Source: an uncultured Armatimonadetes bacterium | GTDB taxonomy: Bacteria > Armatimonadota > UBA5829 > DTJY01 | Length of the DNA: 64,000 bases | Direction: 5' to 3' | NCBI GenBank assembly: GCA_963717145.1 | Contig: OY970325.1 | Coordinates: forward strand, 160,001 to 224,000 | Part shown: piece by piece, positions 60,724 through 64,000 of the stretch | Position numbering within the stretch: the stretch's first letter is position 1 | How the letters are laid out: every line of letters begins with the position of its first letter | Position numbers and translations under genes: made by a program | The notes under the pieces: generated by a model | Databases searched by the model: none | The model's input: only the letters and a program-made list of their open reading frames with translations | Told to the model about the DNA's origin: nothing

Positions 60724-62268
60724 CTATGCCTGCCTGGAAGGGTTCCCCGCCTCCTCGGCGGCCGAATGCGACTTGGCAGCGTCGTGGATGCGCCTCATCA
60801 CACTGTGCCTGCGGCCGTACAGGAAGTAGATGACCATGCCGACCGCCATCCAGATGAAGAGGCGGAACCAGTTTTCCGACGGAAGCGCGAACATGAGCAG
60901 TCCGCACATGAGGATGCCGAGTATCGGTACGAGTGGGACGAGTGGGCATCGGAACGGGCGGTTCGCGTCCGGATGAGTCCGCCTCATGATGAGCACCGCG
61001 ATGCAGACTACCACAAACGCGAAGAGCGTGCCGATGTTCACCAGTTCCGCGAGAATCCGCAGCGGGATGAACGCCGCCCCGAGCGCAACGATCACACCGG
61101 TCAGGATGGTCGACTTCCAGGGTGTCCGGAAGCGCTCGTGAACCGCGCCGAAGAACTTCTTAGGCAGCAGGCCGTCTCGCGCGATCGCCAGCAGCACCCT
61201 CGGCTGGCTGAGCATCAGAACCAGCAGCACCGAGGTGATCCCCGCGACCGCCGCCAGAGAGATCATGAACTGAGCCCATCCGAGTCCCACCTGCTTGAAC
61301 GCGTCCGACACGGGAGCTTCGATGCTAAGCTGGTTATACGGCACCATGCCGGTCAGCACGGCGGTCACCAGGATGTAGAGCACGGTGCAGATCAGCAGCG
61401 AGGCGATGATGCCGATCGGTACGTCGTGCTTTGGGTTCTTCGCCTCCTCAGCGTGAGTCGAAATCGAGTCGAACCCGATATACGCGAAGAAGATCATTCC
61501 TGCCCCGGCGAACATCCCCAGCGGCGCGCCGCCCTTCGCGGTCATGCCGAGTATCGTCTTGCCGAAGAGCGCGACGCCGGTGTACCCGTATGGAGCGAAG
61601 GGATGCCAGTTTCGCGGATCGACGTAGAATGCGCCGACGACGATCACGAAGAGCACGACTGCGACCTTCAGGACGACCATGGCGGCGTTGAATCCCGCGC
61701 TCTCCCTAATCCCCTTGACGAGGATCACTGTCACCAGCGCCGTGACTATGATCGCCGGGAGATCGACCATGCTGCCGGTGCGCGTAAGGAGGCCGGACGC
61801 CGCGCCGATATCGAACGGTGCGTTAGAAAGAGCCTTTGGGACGTGCCAGCCAAAGATGCCGATGAAGTCCTGGAAGTACTTCGACCAACCGTGGGCGACT
61901 GTGGCCGACGCGACCGTGTACTCGAGCACGAGGTCCCAGCCGATGATCCACGCGAAAAGCTCGCCGAGTGTGGCATATGCATATGTGAATGCCGAGCCCG
62001 CGACCGGCACCATCGACGCGAATTCTGCGTAACACAAAGCGGCGAAGATGCACGCGATCCCGGCGACACCATATGACATCATCAGCGCCGGGCCGGCCTT
62101 ATCGTGGGCGGCGATGCCGGTCAGCACGAAGATGCCCGTGCCGATGATGCATCCGATGCCGAGGCTGGTGAGCCCCACAGGGCCGAGGATGCGCCTCAGG
62201 CGGTTCTCGCCCTCCATCTCCTCGAGCAGCAGGCTCAGTGGTTTTCTCGCAAACAGTCTCTTGATCAT
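60724..62268 (-). CDS. APC family amino acid permease
   Basis: GIGCIIGTGIF, ALCYAEFAS, AGSAFTY, FFAYIGFD, AEEAKNP. Confidence 0.95.
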   Translation of the reverse strand: MIKRLFARKPLSLLLEEMEGENRLRRILGPVGLTSLGIGCIIGTGIFVLTGIAAHDKAGPALMMSYGVAGIACIFAALCYAEFASMVPVAGSAFTYAYATLGELFAWIIGWDLVLEYTVASATVAHGWSKYFQDFIGIFGWHVPKALSNAPFDIGAASGLLTRTGSMVDLPAIIVTALVTVILVKGIRESAGFNAAMVVLKVAVVLFVIVVGAFYVDPRNWHPFAPYGYTGVALFGKTILGMTAKGGAPLGMFAGAGMIFFAYIGFDSISTHAEEAKNPKHDVPIGIIASLLICTVLYILVTAVLTGMVPYNQLSIEAPVSDAFKQVGLGWAQFMISLAAVAGITSVLLVLMLSQPRVLLAIARDGLLPKKFFGAVHERFRTPWKSTILTGVIVALGAAFIPLRILAELVNIGTLFAFVVVCIAVLIMRRTHPDANRPFRCPLVPLVPILGILMCGLLMFALPSENWFRLFIWMAVGMVIYFLYGRRHSVMRRIHDAAKSHSAAEEAGNPSRQA

Positions 62269-62314
62269 TCGGCAGTCCTCCGGATCTGGGTCTGTGGCGT
62301 CTCCGCGTCATCAT

Positions 62315-62379
62315 GTAGTGGCCGAGCCTCAGTGCCGGCCACGCGACGTTGACGGCCGGCACTGAGGCTCGGCCACTAC
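62315..62379. repeat. GTAG-type inverted REP doublet
   Basis: GTAGTGGCCGAGCCTCAGTGCCGGCC ... GGCCGGCACTGAGGCTCGGCCACTAC, perfect. Confidence 0.8.
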
Positions 62380-62513
62380 GTAATACGCGTCGCTGCTAAC
62401 AAAGAAGTTTGCGCCAGACCCCTTTTATTCCTGCAGAAGCTCTGGATATGGAAAACACTTTATGATACACTGTGCCCAAGCGCAGAATAACGTGCGAATT
62501 ACGGGGTGGTAAC

Positions 62514-64000
62514 ATGCAACACAACTCAAAGCTCGGAATCTCGGCCATCGTGGCATCGGTCCTTGTCCTGGCATCATCGTCCGTCTGGGCGAAACCGATC
62601 TCACTCATCGTCGGGGCAAAGCCGATCTTCCTCCACACGGCCCCGGTAGTGGACAAGGATGAGGTCTATGTTCCGTTCACGGCGCTGAAGGCGATCGGCG
62701 CCTCGGCCAAAGAGGATGGCGACCCCAGGAACAACGAGCAGAAGCTGAAGATCAAGCCCGCGTCCGGCCACGAGTTTTCATGCAAGGCCCGCATCATGAG
62801 CGGGAATCCGATGGTCCCGATCATGGACATCGCGGACGAACTTGGCGCGGTCACTCAGTGGGACAAGGTGAAGAATACCCTTAGCATTAAAGCTCGGCTC
62901 GACGAGGTGAGCTTCGACGGCTCGAAGCTGAAGCTCAAGTCATCATTCCCCCTGGGCTGCACGGTCGTGCAATCGAGCTGGACCCAGATCGAGAGAAAGC
63001 TGATCCTGGATATCCCGGGACTTCAGATCCCTCGGGTGGCCGACGACAAGGTGAAGAACGCCACGAAGATTCCGATCCGACTCGGAATGAGCGCGGACGG
63101 TGAGACCGGGCGCGTCGTCCTCGATCTGCCGTTTGTGGTGAAGACTCACAACGACAGCCCGCCGAAGACGAGGGAGATTACCATCTCGGTCAGCCCGTCT
63201 CTCAAGGACGCTCCCGCACCGAAGCAGGGCGCGACCCCCTCGGAGGGTACAATCATGCCGGGCAAGCAGCCTCCCCCTCCTCCGAAGCCGGTTGACATCG
63301 GAGGAATCAGTTACCACGCGCGCGGCACGAACCGCATAGACGTCAGCATTTCGGCCGGTGCGCCGGTGAAGTACAGGACGTACACCCTGAGGGATCCCGA
63401 CCGGTTCGTCATCGACCTGGTCAACGCCAAGCTCTCAGGCGATCCCACGGAAGAGGATATCAAGCGTTCGATCGCCACCCGCATGCACATGGATCAGTTC
63501 AACGACGAGACGGTTCGGATGACGCTCGATCTCACTCGTCCGGCGGCCTTCGATATCGAGCAAGACAAGAGCGGGAAGCTCTCCATCTCGCTCGAACTGC
63601 CCAGGAAGGCAGGCGGTCTCCTGGCGGGCAAGGTCATAGTGGTCGATCCCGGTCACGGCGGCACGGAGACCGGCGCCATGGCAAACGGATGCTGTGAGAA
63701 GTTCTTGAATCTGTCAGTCGCCCAGCGTGTCCAGGAGCTTCTCAAGCAGGCGGGCGCGATTGTCCTCATGACCAGAAAGAGCGACACCCTCGTCGCGTTG
63801 AAAGAGCGCCCGATCTTCGCGAACAACCATTCCGCCGACCTGTTCGTCAGTATCCACCACAATGCGATGGGGAGCGCAAACAAGATTTCCGGCACCGAGA
63901 CCTTCTTTCACGCGGACGATGGGAGCAGCCGCGCATTGGCCAACTGCATCCAATCGGAGGTCGTCGCAGCGAACGGATTGCCTGATCGCGGCGTCAAGTC
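62514..64000 (+). CDS. N-acetylmuramoyl-L-alanine amidase (Amidase_3) with AMIN-like domain; truncated by the window end
   Basis: Read by hand: MQHNSKLGISAIVASVLVLASSSVWA...; LRDPDRFVIDL; VVDPGHGG.ETGA, EKFLNL, FVSIHHNA, GTETF. Confidence 0.9.
   Translation, partial: MQHNSKLGISAIVASVLVLASSSVWAKPISLIVGAKPIFLHTAPVVDKDEVYVPFTALKAIGASAKEDGDPRNNEQKLKIKPASGHEFSCKARIMSGNPMVPIMDIADELGAVTQWDKVKNTLSIKARLDEVSFDGSKLKLKSSFPLGCTVVQSSWTQIERKLILDIPGLQIPRVADDKVKNATKIPIRLGMSADGETGRVVLDLPFVVKTHNDSPPKTREITISVSPSLKDAPAPKQGATPSEGTIMPGKQPPPPPKPVDIGGISYHARGTNRIDVSISAGAPVKYRTYTLRDPDRFVIDLVNAKLSGDPTEEDIKRSIATRMHMDQFNDETVRMTLDLTRPAAFDIEQDKSGKLSISLELPRKAGGLLAGKVIVVDPGHGGTETGAMANGCCEKFLNLSVAQRVQELLKQAGAIVLMTRKSDTLVALKERPIFANNHSADLFVSIHHNAMGSANKISGTETFFHADDGSSRALANCIQSEVVAANGLPDRGVK

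Overview
GC-rich bacterial chromosomal window. The PEP-CTERM proteins, the H-X9-DG protein and the style of secreted proteins suggest an Armatimonadota-like organism (inference only). It holds about 50 CDS (sulfatase, GH2 beta-galactosidase, U32/RlhA-like protein, several PEP-CTERM proteins, two ECF sigma factors with C-terminal extensions, hydrolases, an APC permease, an amidase) and tmRNA (ssrA) on the minus strand. Mobile DNA comprises an IS3 element carrying an IS66-family element in orfA and a second IS3 copy in its right IR, plus a head-to-tail pair of single-ORF IS66-family elements with one outer 8-bp TSD and an 8-bp junction spacer. The most unusual features are: (1) two ~62-bp repeats downstream of ssrA that carry the ssrA 3' tip, are each followed by a terminator, and delimit integrase-free cargo blocks; (2) GTAG-type REP palindromes inserted in frame in two unrelated enzymes and supplying stop codons to two others; (3) the IS66 tandem, which looks like a captured circle junction. 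Several genes have frameshifts that may be assembly indel errors.
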